A stretch of DNA of 64,000 nt, taken from assembly GCA_002256025.1 (NCBI GenBank), contig NKIB01012918.1, forward strand, positions 1-64,000. The letters run 5' to 3'. Below the pieces are notes generated by a model that made no database searches, was not told the DNA's origin, and saw only the letters and a list, made by a program, of their open reading frames with translations. Made by a program: the position numbers and the translations under genes. This stretch comes from Asterionella formosa. Lineage: Eukaryota. Below, piece by piece: positions 50,201 to 61,906 of this stretch (its first letter is position 1; each line of letters begins with the position of its first letter).

Positions 50201-52083
50201 AACATTGGACAGGGTATGTGCTACTATGTTCTAAAAGAAAATCGCAAAATAATTGCACAATCCAAAGTCCGTCCGCTCACGCGAGAAGAATGGCTTGATG
50301 AGACAGAAAGAACAATGAGACATGTTTTTGACAAGCAAATTACCGAGATTTACTCTCAATTTGACGAAACCCTTATACACAATGCGCCAAACGAGGAGCT
50401 GTTGGAACCGCCTAATGCTGATGACGATATTAATTCATTCATTAACGAGAAGGCTAATACAATGGCAGAAATTACACCTGGCCCAAATGAGTTTGTCAAG
50501 GCAGAGGTTTACTTACCTAAAGGAGACCGCAACGAGATTGCCAAAGTCTAGGACGCAAAAGGAATCTGGAGGGACTCTATATTGGCAGGAAACATGCTAA
50601 CCCAAAACTAGATTCCCAAATGTTCACCGTTGAATTTGAAGTTGGAGAACAACAAGACATAGCATATAATATTCTTGCAAAATACATGCACTCCCAAATT
50701 GACACTGAGGGTAAACAACACCGTCTTTTTGTTGCAATAATTAACCATCGCAAGAACAACAGGGCCATAGACAAAGCAGATCAATTTAGGTCTGTTCAAG
50801 GAAAACAAGTAAAGAAAAAGACGACAGCAGGATGGCAATTTGAAGTGGAATGGAAAGATGGCACCATTTCCTGGCTACCATTAAAGGCACTGAAGGTATC
50901 AAATTCTTTGGAAATAGCAAATTACGCCATTGCAAACAAAATTGACACCGAACCAGCTTTTGACTGGTGGTCTAAAGATCTACTCCATAAACAACTAGGA
51001 GTAATTAAACTATCACAGAAGAGGTCAATCCAAACTGGATTTAAATTAGGTCTCCCTTTGCCCCTCACGGTGGCAGAAGCATTAGAAATTGACCGTAGAA
51101 ACAATAACAATCTATGGCATGAAGCAATTATGAAGGAAATGACAAATGTCCGCATTGCATTTGATCTCAAGGAGAGAAACTGCCAACCACCAGTTGGCTA
51201 CAAACAAATTCCTATGAAAATGATTTTCGATATCAAGATGGATTTTACTAGAAAGGCTCGTTTGGTTGCAGGAGGCCACAAAACCGACCCCCCTGTATCC
51301 TTTACCTACTCATCTGTTGTTTCCAGAAACAGTGTCCAAATCGCCTTTCTCATCGCTGCAGTAAAGCAACTAAGTATTATGATGGCAGACATAGGCAACG
51401 CCTATTTAAATGCGAGCACAGAAGAGAAAGTTTATGCAATAGCTGGACCTGAATTTGGAGAAGACGAAGGCAAACTTGCCATCATTGTTCGTGCCTTATA
51501 TGGCTTAAAGAGCGAGGAGCTCTGCTGGAGCCGCCTGGCGCTCGCACTTTGCAGCCACGCTGCGAGACATCGGTTTCATCCCAAGTTACGCGGATCCTGA
51601 TATGTGAGGTCAACGACTTCAAATCAACCTGTTTTGCGATGCATCTCATGCAACCAACCTGGTGACACGTCGCTCTAATACAGGTATTATCTTATTCTTA
51701 AATGGCAATGCAATTCGATGGTATTCAAAACGGCAAACACGATTGAATCTTCCACTTTCGGATCTGAGTTTGTCGCCCTCAAAATTGCTGCGGAAATGAA
51801 CGACGCAATGCGTTATAAACTTCGCATGCTGGGGATACCCGTTCAAGAACCTACTAATACATTCTGCGACAATAACAGTGTGGTGATGAATGTGAATAGA
51901 CCAGAATCACCACTGCAAAAGAAACATAATTCGATTGCCTATCACAAAGTACGGGAATGCGTTGCGGCAGAGGCTATGAGAATACATCATGAACCTGGAG
52001 CCAGCAATCTTGCAGATTTACTAACCAAATGTTTACCCCCACATAAACATCTTGAACTATGTCGTCACATATTATGGCATTAA
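47242..52083 (+). pseudogene. gag-pol polyprotein, disrupted by frameshifts, stops and an internal RT deletion
   Basis: Split over about 7 ORFs. At ~51605 the sequence jumps from RT 'SYADPD' to RNase H 'LFCDASHA'. Confidence 0.9.
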
Positions 52084-52122
52084 CTGCAAGAGATATTCCA
52101 CAAATACCACTTGAGGGGACTA

Positions 52123-52357
52123 TGTTAATCTCGTCTTCATGGATAAATACACATGTATGTTGGTCAGACCGATCGAAATTCTGACAGGTCACCTTGTCAG
52201 CATTCTTCTTCCCATTTTTCCTCGGAACTAAATATTGCATTGTTAATAACACTTTATAATTTCATTTTTATTCTCTCCTTCTTTGATCGTCGCTTCAAAC
52301 TCTTTGCATTCCGCAAAAGCCTCTTCAATCATAAGCTTAATAGTAGAGATCTGAACA
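52123..52357 (+). repeat. 3' LTR (235 bp)
   Basis: Direct repeat of the 5' LTR plus two extra ~21-23-bp blocks. Confidence 0.92.
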
Positions 52358-55329
52358 TGATGTTGGCGGCAAGTTTTTGCTTCGGTCATGTATGTGATGA
52401 TGCTTAACGGATATTCTACCGGTACTGGCAGTCATCTAGTCTACATACATACGTTGTACTAAAAACAACCATGCATGGTTTAATCTATACTTTGAACACG
52501 TTATAATATTATCTCTGTAGACTTGGTATTATTTTTACGAGACTTGAGTGTTATATTATATCATTCACATATTCATTGATTTTACGTACCATATGCCCGA
52601 TTTCGTCCTCACAAATATAGTTCTCACTCTATCTTGCCTGCCTTTGCTCTATTCGGGCTTGCAATAGGCAACATTTGTTTTGCTTTGATCCCATTGTCTG
52701 CTGCTTGTTATGCTAGTTGAAGCGAATCGGTGAGTACAACAGTGAAACACTGAATGTGGATTTTGGATCGTATTTATCCACTTTCCGATTTGATTGCTTC
52801 CGTGGTTTGTTTTGATCGCTTCCGTAGTTGTTTGTCGTTCCGCACTGTCGTTTTGATTCGATTGTATATATCTACATAAGAAACAATGCATTTATCAATG
52901 ACTACTCATTGAAGATGTGGTATTGTGCCGTTGTTGATCGTATTTGTTGATTTGTATAGTCGTTGACAATGATGTCAATATTGCCGCCAAGCAATGCTTT
53001 TCTTGTATTAACGCGCTTTGCTACATTTCTACTACGAGTTCGTATCAGAAGCTACGAATATTCAGCTAGAGGGAGTCGATAGTGCTGAAGCAGCCTGGCG
53101 ATTATACTCAATCAGAATGGATTGGAATGGAATGATGATTAGGGTTTTTGGTGAGAGGAATGAGGACTGTGGGAGGAAGGAATCAACTTGTGTCAGGCTC
53201 CTACAGCGATGTGCATGGTTATAGCAAACAGATCATCTACACTACATAACGATGCAGGTCAAGATTGGGTTCATCTTTTTCCCTTCTTATTTCGGTCTTT
53301 GATTGTGTGGTGATGGAAATTCAACTGCCTGTGTAAGTACTACATTGTCACAACGCATACATCTCCATTGAAACTCTTTTTATTTTTCACTTCATTTCTA
53401 ACCCAAAATAATTTTTCTATTTCTCATTTGACGCTACTTATTACATCGCATTTCATCCTTTGGTTGCTCCAAACATCATGTTCAATTTTCATTGATGTTG
53501 CATGTTACAATCATTCTCGTGTGTTTTACGCTTGTTGTAGCATCTCTGTGCATCGGCAATTTTATTGCCAAAAAATTCACATGTGCCCCATATTGCCCTT
53601 AACTAAAAAGAAATTACATAGAGCCTAAAAATTACTTAGAAGTACCCAAATGGCAAGACGATAGCTGAAATGGGAATTGCTAAGCCGGTCCAAATCAAAT
53701 TTTGGTATTCAATGCACCGGTCTACCAGGTACTCCGTCCAATTAAAATATTTTGCGACAGTAAGTCAAATTTATCTGGGGACATTTAGACTCCTACAATT
53801 TTCTCCGGCTCAATTGCCCTATTGTGCGGCTTGCTCTAAGCTACAGATCCATGTATGATAAATATGTAATAGTTAAATTTGGCAACTACAGTACGTATAT
53901 ATCAAAAAAACGTTTTTGGGTCGTCACGATTTTCACTTTTGCCTATCGGTATACCGGTATCTCGAGCAATTTTTAGGGAAATGAAAACCCTGAAAACATT
54001 TCCTACATGGCAAGGAACAGTCAAGAATGGTTTTTGGAAAAAATTTGAGTCACTAGGTATTTCCCGGTGTAGTAACCAATGGCCTTCTGTCAGGAAAATT
54101 TGTCAATTTTCCCAATGCAGACAATTTTCATCGGAAACTTTAGTCACATTCAGGAAATTGATTTCACACTCAAGCAAAGTACTAGATAGAATGACATTAA
54201 TAAATGGAATTTGACAAAAACCAGTGCAATAGCACTCAACAATTGCTCACTCATCTACCACGGCCTCTTTGTCCTTCTTGCTGTCCTGCTCCCAGAGGGA
54301 TTCTACTAATGATGATCCTTGGCAAAATATTGTCTATGATGTCATAGACAATGAGATGTTGGACTTGATTGCTGAGGATAATTCAAAAGATATAACTATG
54401 ATAATATCATCATACTTCAAGCTCGGTAAAAGTTTACTGCATGATCATAATTAAATGATACATTGATCATATTTTTGACCCAAAAACTATCCTTCATGAA
54501 AAAATCCATTTCCACTTAGCGTATGATACCCTTGATCCTATATGCATGATGGTTTTTATTTTCAGACGATGTTTCAGTTGGAAATAACTGTTCTTCAATT
54601 TTTTATTGACAAAATTTTGAGCTCCTATTTAGATTTAAAAATTTTGGACGAAGTATTTGGACGACTTCCTTGTAATTCTTCTCTCATGATGTTGTCTACG
54701 TAAAATCCATGATGCAGCAAATAAATGAAAAAGTTGCTCCCTTCAAATGGTATAATCATGCACTTCTTGGCCACATTTCTGGATGCATAGAAATTTGACA
54801 AAATGTTGGAAAAAAATTTGTAACTGATGATAGCCCCTCTGGACTCAAATTGAAAACAGTTTACAGCTTCATATCGGTACTGTAGTTGAAAAGTGAAGAA
54901 GAAAAATGCAGACAAAACGAGGTGAACCATCTATGGCTCTTTTAGAGTGAAAAAGAAGAAATAATGGACCATTGGGATCATCCAATAACATTTTTTGCTT
55001 GGACATTTTAGTTTGTGAAAACCTCCTAATATCTTAACTAGTATACTATGTTACGATATTATCATTATCAATTATAGTATTCTTGTATATTTATCAACGT
55101 TCGCTTGTTAGTTTCTGGTCCCACCCGATTGATTTCCATAAATTATGTGGAGGCATGGCAACATAAAAATCATTTTTCCGTTTCTGTTCAAAAACTTCTT
55201 GCGGTTCCAGAGATTTCCTTAATTCCTGTGGTTTCAAAGCAGGTACAACAAATGCTGCCGAAAGTACAAATAAAATTCGACAACGCTCAATTCAGTTGTA
55301 TCATTGCATAAGGTGTCGCCTCTTGCAAA

Positions 55330-57830
55330 CAAGATAAATTAATGAATTTTCATTTCAGCTGAACTTTTCAAGGAACGATTACACGCTAAGAGAATGGTTG
55401 TTGTGTTGGAGAAAATAACATTTCCCCATAGAAGTCGTTTTGCCGGAACTGTGTAAGAACTTGATCAATCTCCTTTCTCCCAGCTCACTTCAACCCAGTC
55501 AAACCATTCACGACCAGAGATCCCTGCATTTGAATCATTATTCCATTTCTGATGGCATGTGAAAATAGTAGTTTGGCCAGGAACATTACTTTCAATTTTA
55601 ACATGATAATAAAAGTCGATCCTTACAATGGAAACAGGCCCAACCCCAAGACTTTTTATTCTTGCTTTTTCTATTGCTGAATTCGCTATGCTTTTTACGT
55701 AGTTGGCCCCCTTCGCTCGGTAAATCAGGTTGAACCAATTGAGACAAGGGTGCATCCTTACTCCGTGATACATGCCCAATCTTATCAGGGGCACCTGCTA
55801 TAGTCCATAGACCATTTGATGATGAAGCAGAGAATTGAATTTCTAACAGGAAGGGATGTTGAATGGTTCTTGGTAGGCGATATTCCCAAATTATCAGGCG
55901 AGGTACGACTAGGCAACATCCTTGTATCCGGAATCATTCCTTCAAAATCAATCTCTGTTGAAATATCCTCAGTTACATTGATATGTAATTTACTCATCTT
56001 CTTCTGTTTGTTTTCTGTAGGTAATGAATTACTTGCAAAAACAATTTTTCTTGCCAAGGAAAATTGCCTTGTTTCAAATGACTTTGTTAAAATATCATAC
56101 TTTAATCGATGTAATTGTCAATTGACATGCTTACTTGGTCGGTTCAATTTGTCTTTCAAAAAATACTCCAAATATCCACCAAAGAAATTAAGAGGCGATC
56201 CGAACTTCCTAAATAGATGAGGGTAATGTTTCATTACATGAAATTTTGCCGTTCGTAAGCCAATTTAAGATATTATTTCCCGTTGGTGACCAATCAGAAT
56301 CTTAGTGACCGACATTAACCTCTTAACCCTTTCCTCTAAAATATCAAAAGATTCTGATGTATACTGCGGTATGAATCAAGTGTCATTGATAGATATACAT
56401 GACCATAACAGCAATGTGCAATCATTTTCCAGGTGCATGGTTTCTGAACCCATCATTCCACCCATTGAAAAAATAGTTGACAGGCATAATCCGGGAATTT
56501 CTTGGCCTGACATTTTTGAAAATGCTGTCACCCCGGATCTGCATGACAATTTGGAATATCACGATCGCTTTGCCTTACCAAATGACTATTGATATATCTA
56601 GCAGCCACTTTGTTCGAAATATAGTATAGTTTCGAAAATACATTTCTGGTGCTGGTACAAGTGTTGGGTCTTGATTTTTGCCAGTGTAGATATTTTTGAT
56701 AACTGGTGCATGTGTCCTTTTTGGTCTTAGCCCGTTTCTTCGGTTGCTCTTGATCAAGAATAGCAGTGTCTGTTGCTTCGGTGATACATGTCTGATGAGA
56801 GATGTTCTTTGGAATATCTGGTGATTTTCTTTGTTTAGAAAACCATGTCCATTCTTCAGGGATAGTCCGATAATTGTACAATGACTCCAAAATGTAGTTA
56901 AATATTCCAAGTAGTAATTGATGAAGAACCTCAAATGGAGTTGCACTAAATAATCCTTCTAAGTCACCACCAAAAAAATGATTTATTAGTGCAGGCATAA
57001 TAGGATTATGCGATATAACACGGCACCACTCGTTTGCTGTTGCGTATTTGCCATTAGATTGGGAGACACAATACTCAGGTGGGATACATGGTAATTTTCC
57101 ATCGGGATATGCATTTTGTCAAGAAATTTGTTTGAAAACTTTTTAACATCAGACACTTTACGACGTTCACATCCAATATTGGGATTATCAGCATCCTCAG
57201 TTGAAACCAGGCAATCACGACAAACATATCGTCGATATAATCCATTACCACCCCTGAAACCACAAATTTTGTTGTGCACTTCTGTATCACCAATTATCAT
57301 TCCAATCTGGAAATAAACTTTTGTCATACCAAGTCCATGGACCGAAATATCGTATGACTTGTTTGGATCTTCGAAAGGCAACAATAGAAATCCTGTAACA
57401 GAATGGTATAAATTGACTCGTCACCAGAGAACTTATTATTCATTTGTTTCTTCAGATCACTGACTTCAATGTCTGGCAAAAGAGATACCGATTGCCATCC
57501 ATCAATTTTTTCTTTTCCTTCTAATGTTAAGTTTAACATTGTCAACAAAAACGGATGCTCGGAATGTTTCATTTGTTTATTAATTGGTGAACCATCACTG
57601 AAAACTGCTAGGGCAACAAATAAACACCCTGTCTCAACACTCCGTATTATTCATATTTTGATTGGTTATACTTATATCCGTTCGATTGGCACGGTTTGCG
57701 AGGTCTTGCAATCCCATGCTGGCCACACTGGATGCAAATGCAGCATTTTCTTGGATCTACTCGGATCAACAAATATGTATCATATGTACAACCCAGTAGC
57801 TCCGAAAAATATTTGAATGTGCATCCTAAT
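55330..57830 (-). pseudogene. CMC (EnSpm/Mirage/Plavaka-like) DDE transposase pseudogene
   Basis: LAVFSDGS (first D), IIGDTEVHNKICG..CRDC (second D), TPFEVLHQLLLG, RQSDRDIP, KFHVMKHY..FGSPLNF..LE (E) and C-terminal WFDWVEVSW, with several frameshifts. Confidence 0.75.
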
Positions 57831-58937
57831 AATGTACTGGTAGGCGTACAGAACTATGACCAATGATGATCAGCTACTGGTAGGTTTATTAGGTACTCAG
57901 AATTCCTACTCCATAGAGTAGCTACACATAGTAGGGTTTCAAATGCAGGAACCTTAAGGTTGCTGCCCCGACTCAACCCTATTTTGGAGAAAACGTCGCT
58001 AGGGTTGTAAAAAGGGCGTGGAACAGGGAGTTTCCTACTATGAATTCCCATGATTCGAGTGTCGGTTTAAATATTTGAATTAAATAGGAATCGGTGCGAG
58101 ATTGATAGAGTTCCATTTTAACCAAACAAAAATGATATTTAAATGTTTATACTATATCTTCGTTGTTGTATGTAGACATGAGTTTTCTCAGCGCCAAAAC
58201 AAATACCGCTATATAAATAAGGAGTCCCGGCATGCCAACATGTATGCTCATGGTTCGTGTTTTTTCGTTAAATTGAATCGACATTGCTGTATTTATATAA
58301 ATCAGTACCGAAGTACCAGAGTAGTACCAGTATACTGGTAGTAAATAATCTTGGTTCATGATGATGGAAGACAGGATGTAACCACCGGTACTGGTAGTAC
58401 TGATTTTGCTTACCGGTATACAGTACATCTAATACGTTTGGTTCAAGTTTGGCTGGCATGATTTTACAAGACCGGAATATTTCAGCCAATCTGGAGCAGT
58501 TGAGAAAATTCAATTCAACCAATCAGAATATGTGTAGCTAGTGACATGGCAACTTACCCTGGAGTCTTTTCAGACTGAGAATTATGCAGCAAAACATACC
58601 AACACAAGGCTCTAAGTGTATGAGAATTCGCACATACAAATTCCGATTCCAATATTTTGGCAACTGTTGAAAAAGCCCATTGGGTCGACTTTTTGGAGGA
58701 GGATTGCTCTACATCTATGGGATTTCATGAAGATTCAAGTAGATAGCTGTGTACCCTATAATGTCAGGAGGTAACTTCTGGAGAGAAACTGCAGTTATTC
58801 CTCGTAGATTTTTCAAAAAGCTTGATTGCCCCCTTTTTGACTATTTTTTGGATAGTTCCGATTCCAAGAGGGATAACTGGAGTTTCTCTCCAGAAATGAG
58901 GTCCTTATCAAATCCGAAGATAGAACATACCCCTAAG

Positions 58938-59394
58938 TCGACCCATGACTGTATCTTAGCATGTGCAAAGCGGTAGTATTGGTGAATGCTAATTTTACCT
59001 TCAACTATTTTATTTACTTGTACATAATGTATGGATTAAGGTCCATCATACAATTATTTTGGGAAAAAAGGACCTCGCAATGTGTAACTGCGGGGCAGCA
59101 ACTTTAACGGCTACCGGTAAACAAATCACAAATATTTTTTCTACTTCTCAGGGTCCAAATGTACATCGTTACCGTTACCAGGTTAAGGTACATCATAAAT
59201 TTTTTTTGGAAAAACGGACCTCGCAATGTGTAACTGGCCGCAACCTTAACCGCTACCGGTAAATAAATCACAAATATATTTTTACTTCTCAGGGTCCAAA
59301 TGTACATCGGTACCGGTACCAGGTTAAGGTACATCATAATATTTGTTTTGGGAAAAAAGGACCTCGCAATGTGTAACTGCGGGGCTGCAACCTT
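58938..59394 (-). mobile_element. Transposon terminus (inverted copy of 6328-6476) followed by ~2.5 tandem copies of a ~140-bp terminus-plus-flank unit
   Basis: ggacctcgcaatgtgtaactg..gcaacc occurs three times (~59070, ~59216, ~59359), separated by near-identical linkers. Confidence 0.8.
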
Positions 59395-60542
59395 GAAATT
59401 ACTGCTAGTACGTAGTTTACAAATTTCGGAATATCTTTCATTCGTTGTAAGTCGTGGCATCCGAATCTTTGTGAACACTTATTGAAGTTAAACTTGTCCC
59501 CCTTCAAATGGGGGGCTGGGAGTTCGGGGTTCATGGATTCTTCTAGCTGGTCGCAGTTTTGCCTTCGACTACCTGATTTGTCTTGCCACATCGTGCATCA
59601 GAAAAAAATCTCAACACTCAAATCACTGTCAACCTATTGCGATCAGTGCAATACATCCGCATTGAATTTGGTGAAAAGTTTGACAAGCTAGCTAGTAAAA
59701 GCACGTAAACGTGCAATCTCGAACGCCGTGAACCTTTTTGCAGATCAAGACTAGAGTCTTGATACTCCCTGATGCTCTCGAATAGTTTGATAAATAATTT
59801 GAGATGCTCCTGTTCTGATTGACCGAAACTAACATGACGATGTCCGGTTGACAAAATAGTTTAGTGTCGGATGCGTCCTATTGCCCTGCGATAATCCTAG
59901 GTGTGTCCGAACAATTTAAGTCCAACTTATACCAAACTGCTATTGTTACCTACCTGGTAGTGTCTTTCAGCTTCCAGCTTGACTTTTAGAGAATGTGGAG
60001 AGAGGGTAGACTGTTTAATTAATAGCTGAGTCCCGCAGGGAATTCGAAATCGATCTGTGATTCATGCGAAGTTCACAGAAACTTTGGGCTATTAAACTGT
60101 GAATCGATCGCACAAGGTTAATTAATATTTAAATCAAAAATAAATATAATCCGGATTTGTACCGTATTAAATTTGACTTATTATTGTATTAAGATGTAGT
60201 GACACGATGTGAAATCGCGAAATCGTCGTGAAGCATTAATATGTCCTCCTCTCTTCTCAAGAAGATGCGGTGGTTCACTAATAATGCATACAATGTTGAA
60301 CTTCTCAATATAGGGGATCTTCGTGTATCAGTTAGCTTCGAAGTCGCGTTCAGGGTGCGGTTCTTTAGCATTCCTAGTATTTTGTGTTGGTGAACCCATG
60401 ATTTGCTTTAATTTGTTGTCAAATGGTATAAGTGAACAAGAAATAGAAAAATGTAGCATGCTCAATATTTTCAGTCGACCTTTGATCATTGAAATTGACT
60501 TATTTTGATGAGAGGAAAAGAAAAACTAAAGCAGCATTCATC

Positions 60543-61547
60543 ATGAATCCTACAAAAGAAGAAAGCATTCAAGATTTTCGTCCGGCACGTCGAGAAACCA
60601 CCCATTCGCTTTGCAAGAGCGGAGCGACGACTAAAACAAATAGGCTTGCTGCGAACAGAGGTCGACCTAGTTCATTTTCTATTCATAATGATGGGCAAAT
60701 GAAAATGCCTGGAGCTTATTACGTCAAAGGCAGGGCCAGTGGTCAGTTTCCGGCTTGGGCTGATCAACCACGGCAGCAACGACGAACACAGTCAGAACGA
60801 ACATTGGTGGCATCTATATCGCCTTCACCGATATTGCGAGGGCAGTTAGAACGAACGTTTGAAGAGTATTCATCGCATTCGCATGTTCTGAATGTGACTG
60901 TTGAAGCGATCGGGTCCCAGAATATTCAACGAGCGATCCCGCTGCAAGGTCAAGGCGACCTGGTCAGTCATTTTCCTAATGGCCGCGGACGTGATGAACG
61001 TAAGGCTCCGCCGATTCCCACACATCGAATTGTCGAATGTGACAGGGAAATTGATGAGGACATTCGATTGGAAGATTGCACCTTGTCGAGTTCAATCAAT
61101 TCACAGAATGGAACGTCTAGATCAGAACCTTCAGCCACCAATGAGTCTGTAGTTCATGTTCCATCGATTGCGAGAATTCATCCCGACCCTGATAATATAC
61201 GAGGCACTTCTCGTCATTCTTTTCAAGACCCCCGTATTCGAGAAATCTTTGATATCTTCCCTAACGCAAGCATCAATCGAGTCAACGAGCTACTACTCGT
61301 GCACCAATTCGAACCGGCAGTCATGATTCTTGCTGATGAATGCACTGCTTCGCAAGAAGTTGTTGCAATGCCACGGCTCCGTCGTACTGTCTATAAGGAC
61401 CAGTTTCTGGACCAGATAAAGGACATTTTTCACCAAGACAAGATACAAAATATTGTAGATCTTCAAAAACTCGCGGAGGACAATGATATCGCACTTTTGG
61501 ACATGGATTCCTCAAGTGGGATACCAACTTATTCTCAAATTCTTTGA
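60543..61547 (+). CDS. Hypothetical protein, low-complexity N-terminus with CUE-like C-terminal module(s)
   Basis: Intact ~334-aa ORF from ATG 60543 with gene-like composition. IREIFDIFPN..RVNELL resembles the CUE 'FP...LL' pattern. Confidence 0.6.
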   Translation: MNPTKEESIQDFRPARRETTHSLCKSGATTKTNRLAANRGRPSSFSIHNDGQMKMPGAYYVKGRASGQFPAWADQPRQQRRTQSERTLVASISPSPILRGQLERTFEEYSSHSHVLNVTVEAIGSQNIQRAIPLQGQGDLVSHFPNGRGRDERKAPPIPTHRIVECDREIDEDIRLEDCTLSSSINSQNGTSRSEPSATNESVVHVPSIARIHPDPDNIRGTSRHSFQDPRIREIFDIFPNASINRVNELLLVHQFEPAVMILADECTASQEVVAMPRLRRTVYKDQFLDQIKDIFHQDKIQNIVDLQKLAEDNDIALLDMDSSSGIPTYSQIL

Positions 61548-61906
61548 AACGGAGCCTTCAAGCCTGGTAGTATGATACTGATTATGCTGAAGTTGAGCAT
61601 GATGTATTCTACGTAGTTGCAATTGGACAATAATGCTAACACAAGGGAATGAAAAGACATTGCCAAATAAGCAAATAATATGAACTGTGAAGGAAAGCGA
61701 GAATGGGATTAAGAAACAAAATTAAACAATGAACTGGAGTTAAAAAATTGTCCGACAGCAAAAAATAACATAAATTACATATCTTTTTCATGTCTTAGAA
61801 CTCATTGAGGTTTTGCAAGTTGATCATGTACTTTAATCTGGAACAGTTGTTGACAAATGAAAATCATTTCAAATTGATTCCTTTGGTGGCACGGGCATAA
61901 CTTTTT

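Larger units (their letters stand above)
46732..52357 (+). mobile_element. Two-LTR Ty1/copia retrotransposon of the diatom CoDi type (defective)
   Basis: LTRs 46732-46923 and 52123-52357 (TGTT...AACA) and PPT GAGGGGACTA. Domain order is gag, PR (EIDTQADT), IN (LARRWGI, TDT, SDNAGEE, QNRAE), RT (KARLVAGGH, DIGNAYLNA, ALYGLKS), RH (ESSTFGSEF, NLADLLTK). Confidence 0.95.

Noticed and set aside
46242..53672. Outer TIR element (ATTTCAGC...GCTGAAAT) enclosing the copia element
   Set aside because: The match is only about 8 bp plus weak extension with no TSD, which is insufficient support
59036..59394. CRISPR-like repeat-spacer appearance
   Set aside because: The 'spacers' are near-identical to each other, there are no cas genes and the context is eukaryotic. 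It is a tandem duplication
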